Position numbers and translations under genes: made by a program
NCBI GenBank assembly: GCA_965261345.1
Contig: OZ253449.1
Coordinates: 864,001 to 928,000, forward strand
Source of the DNA: Chloroflexota bacterium
Lineage (GTDB): Bacteria; Chloroflexota; UBA11872; VXNJ01
Direction: 5' to 3'
DNA length: 64,000 nt
The notes under the pieces: generated by a model
What the model saw: the letters and a program-made list of their open reading frames with translations, nothing else
What the model was told of the DNA's origin: nothing
Database searches by the model: none
Shown: one piece after another, positions 30,298 through 40,677 of the stretch
Layout: each line of letters begins with the position of its first letter
Numbering within the stretch: position 1 is the stretch's first letter

Positions 30298-31153
30298 AAT
30301 CGAAGTTAAGGCTTCGACCGTTGAGGCCGCAATTAAACAGGCCCTCGAATCGCTGGGCGCCACACTTGACGAGGTGGACGCACGAATCCTTGATTCGGGA
30401 TCGCCCGGCCGACTGCTCGGCTTTGGCGCCCGCGACGCGAAGGTCCTGGTGACCCGTCGCAAGGTCCCGCTGGTATTCGAGGACGAAACCGAACAAGACG
30501 ACGAAATTGAGGACCGGCCGCCAGGTAGGCGCCGGCGATCGCGCGGTTCGCGCGGGCGCCGGCGGCAACCCTCAGCCGAGCGGGAATCGCAAGACGATGA
30601 GAACGGCGAGCGGCGAGGTCGCCGCCGAACCGCCGAACGGGCCCCACGCAAAGCCCCAAGCGAGCGCCGCGAGCGACCTGAACCTGAACCAATGGATCCC
30701 GAAGCGGTCGAACAGGCGCGCGAGTTTGTGGCCGAGTTTTTGCAACAGATGGGGTTTTCGGCCGAGGTCGAGACCGTCGAAAGTAACCCACCAACTCTAA
30801 ATATCCTCTCGACCGGCGACCAGGACATGGCCGCCTTGATCGGATCGCGCGGAGATACTCTGCGGCAGTTCGGGTTCCTGGTGAGCTCGATGCTGGGACG
30901 CCGGATGGAGCAGGGCGTGCGCTTGGTAATCGACGTTGACAACTACCGCGGTCGCCGCGAGGATTCGATCCGCGAACTTGCAACGGAAGCCGCCGACGCG
31001 GTGCGCGAAACCGGGCGCACCGTGACTCTGCGCGTCATGCCCGGGCACGAACGGCGGATCGTACATCTGGCGCTAGCCGACGACGAGGAAGTTCACACGT
31101 ATTCGATCGGCCAAGTTCGCAACCGACGGGTTGTTATCGCCCTGCGCGAGTAG
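30290..31153 (+). CDS. jag: Jag/KhpB (Jag_N-KH-R3H) RNA-binding protein
   Basis: TVEAAIKQAL, LIGSRGDTL, IDVDNYR and ERRIVH; RBS GAAGGA before GTG 30290. Confidence 0.92.
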   Translation: MDEIEVKASTVEAAIKQALESLGATLDEVDARILDSGSPGRLLGFGARDAKVLVTRRKVPLVFEDETEQDDEIEDRPPGRRRRSRGSRGRRRQPSAERESQDDENGERRGRRRTAERAPRKAPSERRERPEPEPMDPEAVEQAREFVAEFLQQMGFSAEVETVESNPPTLNILSTGDQDMAALIGSRGDTLRQFGFLVSSMLGRRMEQGVRLVIDVDNYRGRREDSIRELATEAADAVRETGRTVTLRVMPGHERRIVHLALADDEEVHTYSIGQVRNRRVVIALRE

Positions 31154-31164
31154 CCGAACCGATC

Positions 31165-32028
31165 ATGAATACGTCCGGACGGCGGCAGACCTACGCGATA
31201 GCTGGCCATGTGGTGCTCGACCGGGTAGCTGACGGCACCCGGGTCGGAGGCACCGTGTCATTTGGCGGGGTTACCGCGGTCAAGCTGGGGGCCAAGGTCA
31301 GGGTTGTCACCGCGGTGGCCGAACGCGACCGCGATCGAATCGCCGTTCGCTACGGAGACGCCGATTTCATCTGGGTGGAAACACCGGTAACCACCATTTA
31401 CGAAAACATCTATCTCCCCGATGGGCGGGTCCAGTATTGCCACGAGTTGGCCAGTCCGGTGGCGGTGGAACTTATCCCGCCCAGTTGGCTGGAATCTGAC
31501 GTCTTCCACCTGGCGCCCCTGACCGACGAGGTGCCGGCCAGTCTGGCGGCGGCGATCGCCGATTCGGCGCTGGTCGGGGTCACCCCGCAAGGATGGCTGC
31601 GGCACCGGGCGGCCGATGGCCTGATTTCGCCCAAGCTGTGGGACGAATGCGAACAGATCCTAAATCGGGCCGACATACTGGTGCTCTCCGAACACGACCC
31701 GCGCGATCGGTACGAGTTGGAACGTTACCTGCGCCCGGTTCGCTACGGGATTGTTACCCGCTCGATCCACGGCGCCGATATCTTCGAATACGGAAAGCAC
31801 CTGGCGCATGTGCCGGCGTTTCCAGCCGAGGAATTGGACCAGACCGGGGCCGGCGATTGCTACGCGGCGGCGGTATTCCTCGAATTTCATCGGAGCGGGG
31901 ACATTGCGCAATCCTGCCGCTTCGCCTCTGCGGCGGCGGCGTTCCAGGTCGAGGGACCAGGGTTGGATGGGATCGTCGGCGAGGCCCGGGTAAGAGCGCG
32001 TATGCGGGGACCAACCCGATCCGGTTAA
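31165..32028 (+). CDS. PfkB-family carbohydrate kinase
   Basis: GGTVSF, TPQGWLR and DQTGAGD. Confidence 0.88.
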   Translation: MNTSGRRQTYAIAGHVVLDRVADGTRVGGTVSFGGVTAVKLGAKVRVVTAVAERDRDRIAVRYGDADFIWVETPVTTIYENIYLPDGRVQYCHELASPVAVELIPPSWLESDVFHLAPLTDEVPASLAAAIADSALVGVTPQGWLRHRAADGLISPKLWDECEQILNRADILVLSEHDPRDRYELERYLRPVRYGIVTRSIHGADIFEYGKHLAHVPAFPAEELDQTGAGDCYAAAVFLEFHRSGDIAQSCRFASAAAAFQVEGPGLDGIVGEARVRARMRGPTRSG

Positions 32029-32840
32029 TCGGCGGGCAATTCCTGGCAATTGGGGCAATAGTGGGTAGCGCGTCCGCCCAGCACAATCCGTTTGATCGCC
32101 TGGCGGCAGCGCGGACACGGCTGCCCGGTCCGGCGAAACGCTTTCAATGAACCTTGAAAGGCGCCTTCTTGGCCGCGCGCATCAGCGTAGATCCCAAAGG
32201 TCGTCCCGCCGAGCGCGATCGCCGCTCTTAGAACCTGGCGCAGCGCCCGGTGCAGAGTTCGCGTCTGCGCGTCGCTTAATCCGGCCGCGGTCGTGCCCGG
32301 ATCTAGTCGCGCCCGCCACAGGGTTTCGTCGGCATAGATATTGCCCACCCCGGCAATTACCTTTTGGTTTAGCAAGGCGGTTTTCAGCGCGACCTGGCGG
32401 CGGTCCAGCCGGCCAGCCAGGTCCTGCGCCCGAAATCGCGGGCTGAGCGGCTCGGGTCCCAGTGCGGCATCGAATTGCGCCAATTGCGCCGGCGAGAGGA
32501 CGCGCATAAGGCCGAAGCGCCGTGGATCGCAAAAGCGAAGTTCTTGGCCGTCGTCCAAACCAATGCGGACCCGCATGAAGCGATCGGCGGGAGAGGCCCG
32601 GTCGCGCAGCAGCAACCGCCCGCTCATCATCAAATGGATCTGCAATGTGCGCCCACCAGCCAATGGCAGATTCACATATTTGCCGCGGCGCTGAGCCGAC
32701 CCGATGCGGCTACCTAGAAGATCAAACGCCTCCAGATGCGATAGTTTGCGATCGAACACGTCGAGCTGCGTGATTCGTCGCCCGACAACTGATGATCGCA
32801 GCCCCCGCACGACCGTCTCTACTTCTGGCAACTCCGGCAT
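32025..32840 (-). CDS. mutM: Formamidopyrimidine-DNA glycosylase
   Basis: MPELPEVE, RRGKY, DPRRFG, GVGNIYADE and the CPRC...CPNCQ zinc finger. Confidence 0.97.
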   Translation of the reverse strand: MPELPEVETVVRGLRSSVVGRRITQLDVFDRKLSHLEAFDLLGSRIGSAQRRGKYVNLPLAGGRTLQIHLMMSGRLLLRDRASPADRFMRVRIGLDDGQELRFCDPRRFGLMRVLSPAQLAQFDAALGPEPLSPRFRAQDLAGRLDRRQVALKTALLNQKVIAGVGNIYADETLWRARLDPGTTAAGLSDAQTRTLHRALRQVLRAAIALGGTTFGIYADARGQEGAFQGSLKAFRRTGQPCPRCRQAIKRIVLGGRATHYCPNCQELPAD

Positions 32841-32919
32841 TTAACGTGCGTCCCGGCAATCGCCACCAGGTCGCAGCCAGCCCCCTAAAAGCCCGGTCAG
32901 GTCCCGGGGGAAGCGCGCA

Positions 32920-33834
32920 ATGCGGTCGCAAAATTCAGTGTCCATTGGTAATTTTGATCGGTCAAATGGCCCAGCGTCGGCTGGCAGAAATGTCGGATGG
33001 GTTGCCGGCGGAAACCAGTCGGCGGTCGTCAATGTGGGCCGACGGCCAACCCGGCGACCAGCACCGATCCGGTGGACTTTAACTCCAGCTTCGCGGCCCA
33101 CGGTAAGGGTCATTGCCAATCGATACGTTGGGGGGCCGGGCCTTGACAACCTCAAACACAACATCCCCGACCTGGAGATCAGTTGGAGCGGAACCGCCCG
33201 CACCGCTGAATTCTTGAGCTACCACGACGCCACCAGGAGTCTGGACCGCTGCGGATACCCGATTTCCGAGGTTCACGTGCTCAAGCCCGGCGGATTGACG
33301 ATGTTCTTTCAGCGTGGCGCGGTTGATTTTCACAATGTCGGGCAGGGTTGGATCCTTAAACGACGGCTGACCTGGGAATATGTTGGCGGAGTTCACAGCG
33401 CGGGCGGCGACCAGGGTACTGAGCCCTATGTACTCAACCCGCACGCGGGGACCGAATCGGGCCCCTGGGGCGACAAGATTTCTGACTACTCGATCGAAGG
33501 CATCAAGGTCGGTTTCGCCGACTTCAACGACCGTCTCGGTGGGCTGATCGCGTTCGGCTACCCGCTCACCGACGCTCATTACAATTTCGCCGTGCCCGGA
33601 TACCTGCACGCTCCCGGAACTACCTTCGGGTTCATTCGCCAGTACTTCCAGGCAGCGATCTTCGAGTACCATCCGGCCAACCAACTCAATAAGGTCATGC
33701 TCACGCTGCTGGGCGACATTCTGCGCCGCATCCTAGTTCCCGATCACGCAATCCATGCGCCCTTCAACGCCAGTGAAGAACTGGTGGTTGGATCGGTTTT
33801 TATCCCCTACAGCCTTACCAATACGGTGGGTTGA
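32920..33834 (+). CDS. Stand-alone Chloroflexi-type surface module (GYP..QYFQ..LLG), no signal peptide
   Basis: About 220 aa are clearly homologous to the C-terminus of 61339..64000 (HNIPDL, GYPISEV, FQRGAVDFH, FIRQYFQAA, LLGD). Confidence 0.7.
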   Translation: MRSQNSVSIGNFDRSNGPASAGRNVGWVAGGNQSAVVNVGRRPTRRPAPIRWTLTPASRPTVRVIANRYVGGPGLDNLKHNIPDLEISWSGTARTAEFLSYHDATRSLDRCGYPISEVHVLKPGGLTMFFQRGAVDFHNVGQGWILKRRLTWEYVGGVHSAGGDQGTEPYVLNPHAGTESGPWGDKISDYSIEGIKVGFADFNDRLGGLIAFGYPLTDAHYNFAVPGYLHAPGTTFGFIRQYFQAAIFEYHPANQLNKVMLTLLGDILRRILVPDHAIHAPFNASEELVVGSVFIPYSLTNTVG

Positions 33835-34177
33835 TTTAGGCGACGGGACGCGCCTCAAACACAACGAAAAACAAATTCGGATCAGATGACGGGCGGGTCT
33901 CCCAGCCCTGCCGGCAATTCCAATACTTGGTTGCAATTCCCATCGCCGCCCCCGGAACACCCCCACAAGGAGGGTAGCTTCCGCCATCGGTACGGTACGG
34001 CCGCTACTTCCAAAAGTTTTTTCAGCAACGCGCATTGACAAGGTCCACGCCCATCAGGTCGGCTCGATGGATATGACTCGTCCCCAGATCCAATCGAGGT
34101 CTTTGGGCGGGCCCGGTTAAAAGCATGGAGCGCCCAACCGTCCCGGAGTTGGCTAAAAACTCCCATATCATAGATTT

Positions 34178-34552
34178 GTGATTACACCTAAAGCGGCCGG
34201 CGGGCAACTCCAACACTTGACCAATTTCCCCAAACAATTGCTCTTTGAACAGATCCGCGACCGCAACGCCCAGGGCGAAGCCGTGGCGATGGCCACGATC
34301 GTGCGCAGCCGCGGTTCAACCCCACAAAAGGTCGGTGCCCGGATGCTGGTATTTGAATCCGGCGCAGGCGCCGGCACCGTAGGTGGTGGGTGCGTGGAGG
34401 CCGGAATCTGGCAGGCCGCGGCCACCGCAATCGCCGATGGGAATCCGCGAATGCTGCGGGTCGATCTGGTTGACGACCTGCGCGGCGAAGGCGACGTCTG
34501 CGGCGGCACGGTGGATGTATTCATCGACCTCTGGTCGCCAGCCGAGCGTTAG
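34178..34552 (+). CDS. XdhC/CoxI family, N-terminal module
   Basis: ATIVRSRGSTP, GTVGGGCVE and CGGTVDVFID. The start may be TTG 34217. Confidence 0.88.
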   Translation: MITPKAAGGQLQHLTNFPKQLLFEQIRDRNAQGEAVAMATIVRSRGSTPQKVGARMLVFESGAGAGTVGGGCVEAGIWQAAATAIADGNPRMLRVDLVDDLRGEGDVCGGTVDVFIDLWSPAER

Positions 34553-34560
34553 TTGAAGGG

Positions 34561-35385
34561 TTGCTAAACCGCCTCATTGCCGCCCGCGATCGGCGTCAGG
34601 GAGGCGTCTGGGCGACGGTAATCGCCTCGCGGGTGAGCGAATTTGCGGTCGGGGTCAAATGGCTGCGATTGGCCGGCGAACCCTCTCCTTTGGAGCCAAC
34701 GTCCGCCCTAAGTAGGGCAATTTCGACCGATCTGGACCAATTGGGCAGTCTTGCCGAGGCCAAATGCATCGCCTATGGTCTGGACGGTCAACACCTAGAG
34801 CGCCCGCGAAACGCGGCCCTGGAAGTTTTTTTTGAACCGCTGGGAATGAGCGACCGGGTGGTGATAGTGGGCGCCGGGCACGTTGCCCAGCCTATCTGCC
34901 AGATCGCCAGCGCGGTCGGATTTGAGGTCACCGTTATCGACGACCGCTCCGACTTTGCCAACCGTGAACGCTTTCCTCAAGCTGAGCACATTCTGGTCGG
35001 CGACATGGCAAAGACGTTGGGTCAACTTCCGATGGACATGGCAACTTATGTCGTCCTGGTCACCCGTGCGCATGCTTTTGACGAGCAGGCGCTGCGGAAA
35101 TTGGCCGGTTCAAAGGTCCCATATGTCGGCATGATCGGCTCCCGTCGGCGGGTGCTCATCGTGTACCGCAATCTGATCGAAGAGGGCATTTCGGCCGAGC
35201 AATTGCGCAACGTTTACGCCCCGATCGGGTTGGACATCGGATCTCGCACGCCCGAGGAAATCGGCCTGGCGGTCGTTGCCGAAATGATCAATGTAAAGCG
35301 TTCCGGGCGTTCCCCTTCACTGCGCCTGGAACAATGGCCGGCGCGCTTGATCGAGAGAGGCCGGCAAGCTGAACAAAATCGCTAA
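34561..35385 (+). CDS. XdhC family, Rossmann C-terminal module
   Basis: GAGHVA, DDR, YVGMIGSRRR and APIGLDIG..TPEEI. Confidence 0.9.
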   Translation: MLNRLIAARDRRQGGVWATVIASRVSEFAVGVKWLRLAGEPSPLEPTSALSRAISTDLDQLGSLAEAKCIAYGLDGQHLERPRNAALEVFFEPLGMSDRVVIVGAGHVAQPICQIASAVGFEVTVIDDRSDFANRERFPQAEHILVGDMAKTLGQLPMDMATYVVLVTRAHAFDEQALRKLAGSKVPYVGMIGSRRRVLIVYRNLIEEGISAEQLRNVYAPIGLDIGSRTPEEIGLAVVAEMINVKRSGRSPSLRLEQWPARLIERGRQAEQNR

Positions 35386-35535
35386 ATCATCAGCGTGCTA
35401 GCCTTCAACGACAACTGGCCGAATCCGCTGACATCAACCCCAGACTGGCGCTAATAAACTGCCCATGGGACGGCGGATTGAGGGGGCCGTGGCCCGCCCC
35501 CACCTTCCCAACTCAAACTGAGGAAACACACTGTA

Positions 35536-37920
35536 ATGAGCGGTTCTTTTGCGCCCCTCGGATGGCTGGTCGGCTCACCGCGGCGGGCGCTGGCGGTGCT
35601 GGGTTTTTGGATTTTGGCCGCGGCCGTCATCGTCTACGTTTCGCCCAGCCTAGGGGCTGTTGTCACCGACGACAGCGCCGACTTTCTTCCGACCGATTCA
35701 ATCGCCCGTAAAGCGTTGATTCTCCAGCAGGAAAAATTTCCCAGTTCCGGCTTGCAGGGCCTGGTGTTGGTGCACCGCCCATCGGGAATCACCGCCGCCG
35801 ATCGCGATTTGGCCGAACGGGTTCGAACCTATCTGGCCGAAGTCCTAACCGAGGGCGACTCTGCCCAGATTCGTGCGGCGATTGACCTGCCGGCAACAGA
35901 CGGCCAGGTGCGCACCCTCTCGATCGTTTCGGATTGGGATATCGACGGCGACATATTGGCGCTCACGCAAGGTGCGCAGGAACTGCGAGCATTTCTGGCC
36001 TCAATCAGGCCCGATGAGGAATTGATCCTCTCCTTTACCGGAGCGGCTGGCATCACCGCCGATTTGGCCAATACCTTCTCGCAATTTGACTTTCGGGTTA
36101 CCTTGCTTACGGTGCTGCTGGTGCTGCTAATCCTGTTGATCGTTTACCGCTCACCGGTAATGCCCCTGCTGGCCCTTCTGGGGGTGGGGTGGAGCCTGCT
36201 GATGGCCCAGTTTCTGGCAGCCTGGGCAGCCGATACATTCGGCCTGCTGATCAACAGCCAAATCACCGCCCTCATGTCGGTACTGGTGTTTGGCGCCGGC
36301 ACCGATTACACCGTATTTGTGGTCGCACGCTATCGCGAGGAGCTGCGCCGCAATGACTCGCGCTGGCTGGCGATGCAGGCCGCGATCACCCGGCTGGGCC
36401 CGGCGATCGCTGCCAGCGGCGGCACCACCGTGATAGTGTTGGCGCTAATGTTGCTGGCATCGTTTGGCACCTTTCGCGGAATGGGGCCGATTCTGGGCTT
36501 GGCGGTGGGATTGACGATCATCACCGGCCTAACCCTGATTCCCGCACTGGTTGTACTGGCCGGTCGATGGATCTTCTGGCCGATCGGCGAGGCAAAGGCG
36601 ACCCGGCCATCCCGTACATGGCAAAAGATTGCCGAACTGGTGACCCGCCACCCCTGGGCCACCCTGCTGGTGAGCGCAGTGCTGCTGATTGTCTTTGCGC
36701 TCGGCAACACTCAACTCAAACAGGATTTCGATACCGTCGGTTCGCTCCCAGAAGATCTGGATTCCAAGATCGGGTTTGACATCCTGGCCAGTTCGGGGGC
36801 CGGCGGATCGAGCAACCCCGCGCAGCTGTTGCTGGAACTGGAGGAGGGATCGATTTATGCCCATCTGCCGGCGGTTGCCCAAATTACCAGCGAACTGGAA
36901 GCCCGTCCGGAAATAGCGTCGGCGCTGGGTCCGACGCGGCCGTTCATCAGCATCCCGCAACGCAGCGGTTCCGAGGTCCAGGCGCTGCTCGACTCGCTGC
37001 CAGCACCGATTTTGCTCAACCTGCTCTCCAATGCGAACGCCCCGGCCCCGGCCGACCCCAGCCGCGCCACGAATGAATTGGCCCAATTGGGGCTCGATCC
37101 ACCGGTCATTGCCGCAATTGGCACGTTGACGGCCGGACAAAGGTTTGTTTCCCAGGATCAAACCACCGCCGTGATCGAAATCCAGTTGGCGGCGAACCCG
37201 ACATCACTCGCGGCGATCAATCAGATCCCGGACCTGCAGGCGGCAATCGACGACATAGTGAGCAGTACATCACTCAATGGCGTCCAGCCCCTGCTCGGCG
37301 GACAGACCGCCACCAGCTTCCACTCGCGCGAAGCCGTCAATCGCGACACCCTGGTAGTGATCCCCTTGGGTTATCTAATGATCTTCATCATCCTGCTGGT
37401 GGTGCTGCGCAGCCTGGTGGCGGCGGCATTTTTAGCCGCGAGCGTTTTCACGTCGCTGCTCGCAGCGATCGGTCTGTCGGTATTCATTTTCGAATTCATT
37501 CTTGGGCACAACGGTTTGGGGTATCAAAACCTGCTCTGGGCCTTCATATTCCTGACCGCCTTGGGGGCCGACTACAACATCCTGCTGATTTCGCGCGTGC
37601 GCGAGGAATGCGTAGCCGCCGACACCGCCGTCGCCACTCGCCGGGCAGTCGCCAGCACCGGCGGGGTAATCACTTCGGCTGGATTGATCTTGACCGGCAC
37701 CTTTCTGGTCTTGACCACCTTTCCGCTGGTTGCGATCGTGCAGATCGGAACAATGGTGGCGGTGGGGATACTAATTGACACGTTCATCGTCCGCACCATG
37801 CTGGTGCCCGCGATCATCTTGGTATTGGGTAAATGGAGTTGGTGGCCTTCTGATCCATCCAACGAATCGGCGCTGCATCCGTCCTCGGCCCCAAGTGCGG
37901 CCACGACCGCTGCTTCCTAA
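35536..37920 (+). CDS. MMPL family RND transporter
   Basis: GAGTDY..VARYREE, GADYNI..SRVREE and TGGVITSAG; 12 predicted TM helices. Confidence 0.92.
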   Translation: MSGSFAPLGWLVGSPRRALAVLGFWILAAAVIVYVSPSLGAVVTDDSADFLPTDSIARKALILQQEKFPSSGLQGLVLVHRPSGITAADRDLAERVRTYLAEVLTEGDSAQIRAAIDLPATDGQVRTLSIVSDWDIDGDILALTQGAQELRAFLASIRPDEELILSFTGAAGITADLANTFSQFDFRVTLLTVLLVLLILLIVYRSPVMPLLALLGVGWSLLMAQFLAAWAADTFGLLINSQITALMSVLVFGAGTDYTVFVVARYREELRRNDSRWLAMQAAITRLGPAIAASGGTTVIVLALMLLASFGTFRGMGPILGLAVGLTIITGLTLIPALVVLAGRWIFWPIGEAKATRPSRTWQKIAELVTRHPWATLLVSAVLLIVFALGNTQLKQDFDTVGSLPEDLDSKIGFDILASSGAGGSSNPAQLLLELEEGSIYAHLPAVAQITSELEARPEIASALGPTRPFISIPQRSGSEVQALLDSLPAPILLNLLSNANAPAPADPSRATNELAQLGLDPPVIAAIGTLTAGQRFVSQDQTTAVIEIQLAANPTSLAAINQIPDLQAAIDDIVSSTSLNGVQPLLGGQTATSFHSREAVNRDTLVVIPLGYLMIFIILLVVLRSLVAAAFLAASVFTSLLAAIGLSVFIFEFILGHNGLGYQNLLWAFIFLTALGADYNILLISRVREECVAADTAVATRRAVASTGGVITSAGLILTGTFLVLTTFPLVAIVQIGTMVAVGILIDTFIVRTMLVPAIILVLGKWSWWPSDPSNESALHPSSAPSAATTAAS

Positions 37921-37962
37921 TATGGGTCCGACCCGCGGCCGAGCGACGCGGGGGCAATTGCG

Positions 37963-40677
37963 ATGAGCGCCCGGCGTCTACCCAAGCTGCTGTTAATCGA
38001 TGCGATGTCGGTGCTTTTTCGCGCCTATCACTCAATTCCCGCCCGATTTGCCACGGTCGATGACCAGGGCAACCGCGAGCCCACCAACGCGGTCTACGGA
38101 TTTTTGGCGCAACTCCTTAACGTGATCGCCGCTTATGACCCCACCCATTTGGCGGTGGCCTTCGATTCCCCCGGTCCAACCTTTCGCCAGGAGATCGATG
38201 CTGCTTACAAGGCCAACCGACAGGCCCCGCCCGACGATTTGATCCCACAATTTGCGCGCGCGCGACAGTTGATCGCCGCTCTGGGGGCGCCCGGTTACGA
38301 AATTGTCGGGTTCGAGGCCGATGACATCTTGGGAACGCTGGCGCAATCTGCAGCCAAGGCCGATTTTCACGTGCGGATTTTTTCCGGCGACCGCGATCTA
38401 TTCCAACTCATCTCCGGCAAGATCAACGTTTTTTATCCACGCCCGCGCGGCCAGCCGTTTCAGGTCTACGACCGGGCGGCGTTTATGAAACGCTGGGGAG
38501 TCGAACCACGCCAGCTGATCGATATAAAGGCCCTGCAGGGCGATTCTTCCGACAATATTCCCGGGGTCCCGGGAATCGGCGAGAAGACCGCAATCTCGCT
38601 CATCCAAACGTACCGGACCCTGGACGGAGTGCTGGCAGCGTTCGAGGACGAGAATCTGTCGCCGCGGGCCAGGCGGGCCCTAGCGAGCCCGGAAAACCGA
38701 CAGTCGGCCCGCATATCGCGCCAACTGGCCACCATTGACACCCAGGTCCCGCTGGAATTTGATCCCGACGCGGCCCGCATCTGGGTCAATCCCGATGCCG
38801 AGCAGCTGCGAAACCTGCTCGATCGGCTCGGGTTCCACAGCATTCGCCAAAGATTGCCGTTTGATCTGGACATGCACGCCGACGGCCAAATCCCGCTATT
38901 TGGCTCGCAGGCCAGTGCCCCGGACTGGCAGGTGGTCGACCACCTGGACCAGGCCCGAGCCTTGGCCGCCACCCTGACTGAGGGCCCGCCCGTCGCGCTG
39001 TTTGGGCTCATCGCCGGCGAGAGCAAATCCCTGCGCTTGCGCTCGCTGGCGATCTGTCAAGGAACGTCGAGCTGGTTTCTGCCAAATCCAAAAGACCTAC
39101 TCGTCGGTCTGTCCGATTGGCTGCAGGATCCGTCGCAGCCCAAATGGGCCTATGCCGGCAAGGAGTTGCTGCGGGCTCTATCCTCCGAGCGAATCGAGCT
39201 TCAGGGCCTTGTCTTCGACGCCGAGATTGCCGCCCATCTGGCCTCAGGCGGCGAGAGCTTTGCCAGTTTGCAACAACTTGTCGCCCGCAATCTTGACCAG
39301 GTCCTGGCCCGGTCAATGCCCGAAACCGATGGGGTGTCCAAACCCGGCGCGATTGGCCCGACCCAGCCCGTGGCCGTGGTCCGCGCCGGGCAGGCGGTCG
39401 CCCGCCTCGGCCAAAAACTATCGGCGGCCATCGCCGATGTCGAATTAAAGCCGGTGTTTGACCGCATTGAAATGCCGCTGGTACCGGTGCTGGCACGTAT
39501 GGAACAGCACGGCGTGGCGATGGACCCGGCGGTGCTATCCAGGCTGGGGGACCAGTACGGCGCCGAATGCGATCAGATCGCCCAGGCAATTTACGAGTTC
39601 GCCGGCGGGGAATTCAACCTCAATTCGACCCGCGCGCTGGGGCAGGTGCTCTACGATCGGCTGGGTCTGCCGGTCCTGGAAAAAACCCGCGGCGGCGCAC
39701 CATCGACCGCCCGGCGCGCACTGGAACGCCTCGACGGCCAACACCCGATCATCGCCCTGATGATGGAGTACCGCGAGCTTTCGACGCTATTGCGCAACTA
39801 CATCGGGCCGCTGCCCGGCCTGGTCGACGGTGGCGGACGCCTTCACCCACGCTTTTCGCAGACATCTTCGGTCACCGGGAGGGTGGGAACCCGCAATCCC
39901 AATTTGCAGGCCACTCCGGTGCGCAGCAAGCGAGGTCAACATATTCGGCAGGCGTTCGGCGCGGCCCCGGGCCGAGTATTAATTTCAGCCGATTACTCGC
40001 AGATCGATCTGCGGGTGCTGGCCCACATCTCCGGCGATCAAAACCTGATTGCCGCCTTCGCCAACGATCTTGACGTGCACACCGCCACTGCGGCGCAACT
40101 TTTCGGGGTCGAACTCGACCAGGTTTCCTACCAGATGCGCGAGCAGGCCAAAACCGTCAATTTCGGTATCGTATACGGCATCACCGCCCACGGCCTGGCC
40201 TGGCGCAGCGAGCTTGACCTACAGGGGTCGGCAGCCCTTATCGATTCCTATTTTGCCCGCTACCCCGGGGTGCACGACTACATGGAAGCAACTCGGACGA
40301 GTGCCCACGAACATGGCCTCACGCGAACCCTGCACGGGCGAATCCGGCGCCATCACGAACTCCAGTCGGCCGGCAGTCGTCGCCAGGCAGCCGAGCGCGA
40401 GGCAATCAACATGCCGATCCAGGGGACGTCGGCCGAGATATTAAAGCTCGCAATGATCGAACTGGACGCCCATATCCGTCGCCACAATATCCCGGCCGCG
40501 ATTACCCTGCAAATTCATGACGAGCTGCTAATAGAAGTGGCAACGGAAGCCTTGGAGGAATTCGCCGGGCAGTTGGCTCAGATCATGAATGGGGTCTGCA
40601 AGCTCAAGGTCCCGCTAAAAACCGACGTCGCCGCCGGGCCAAATTGGGCCGAAACCAAGTCGCTGGAGCTTAGTTAA
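37963..40677 (+). CDS. polA: DNA polymerase I
   Basis: 5'-3' exonuclease (EADD, GDSSDNIPG) and polymerase motifs (NPNLQ, DYSQIDLR, KTVNFGIVYG, QIHDEL). Confidence 0.97.
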   Translation: MSARRLPKLLLIDAMSVLFRAYHSIPARFATVDDQGNREPTNAVYGFLAQLLNVIAAYDPTHLAVAFDSPGPTFRQEIDAAYKANRQAPPDDLIPQFARARQLIAALGAPGYEIVGFEADDILGTLAQSAAKADFHVRIFSGDRDLFQLISGKINVFYPRPRGQPFQVYDRAAFMKRWGVEPRQLIDIKALQGDSSDNIPGVPGIGEKTAISLIQTYRTLDGVLAAFEDENLSPRARRALASPENRQSARISRQLATIDTQVPLEFDPDAARIWVNPDAEQLRNLLDRLGFHSIRQRLPFDLDMHADGQIPLFGSQASAPDWQVVDHLDQARALAATLTEGPPVALFGLIAGESKSLRLRSLAICQGTSSWFLPNPKDLLVGLSDWLQDPSQPKWAYAGKELLRALSSERIELQGLVFDAEIAAHLASGGESFASLQQLVARNLDQVLARSMPETDGVSKPGAIGPTQPVAVVRAGQAVARLGQKLSAAIADVELKPVFDRIEMPLVPVLARMEQHGVAMDPAVLSRLGDQYGAECDQIAQAIYEFAGGEFNLNSTRALGQVLYDRLGLPVLEKTRGGAPSTARRALERLDGQHPIIALMMEYRELSTLLRNYIGPLPGLVDGGGRLHPRFSQTSSVTGRVGTRNPNLQATPVRSKRGQHIRQAFGAAPGRVLISADYSQIDLRVLAHISGDQNLIAAFANDLDVHTATAAQLFGVELDQVSYQMREQAKTVNFGIVYGITAHGLAWRSELDLQGSAALIDSYFARYPGVHDYMEATRTSAHEHGLTRTLHGRIRRHHELQSAGSRRQAAEREAINMPIQGTSAEILKLAMIELDAHIRRHNIPAAITLQIHDELLIEVATEALEEFAGQLAQIMNGVCKLKVPLKTDVAAGPNWAETKSLELS

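Noticed and set aside
33835-34177. Moco riboswitch upstream of xdhC
   Set aside because: Conserved Moco motif elements were not found on the sense strand.
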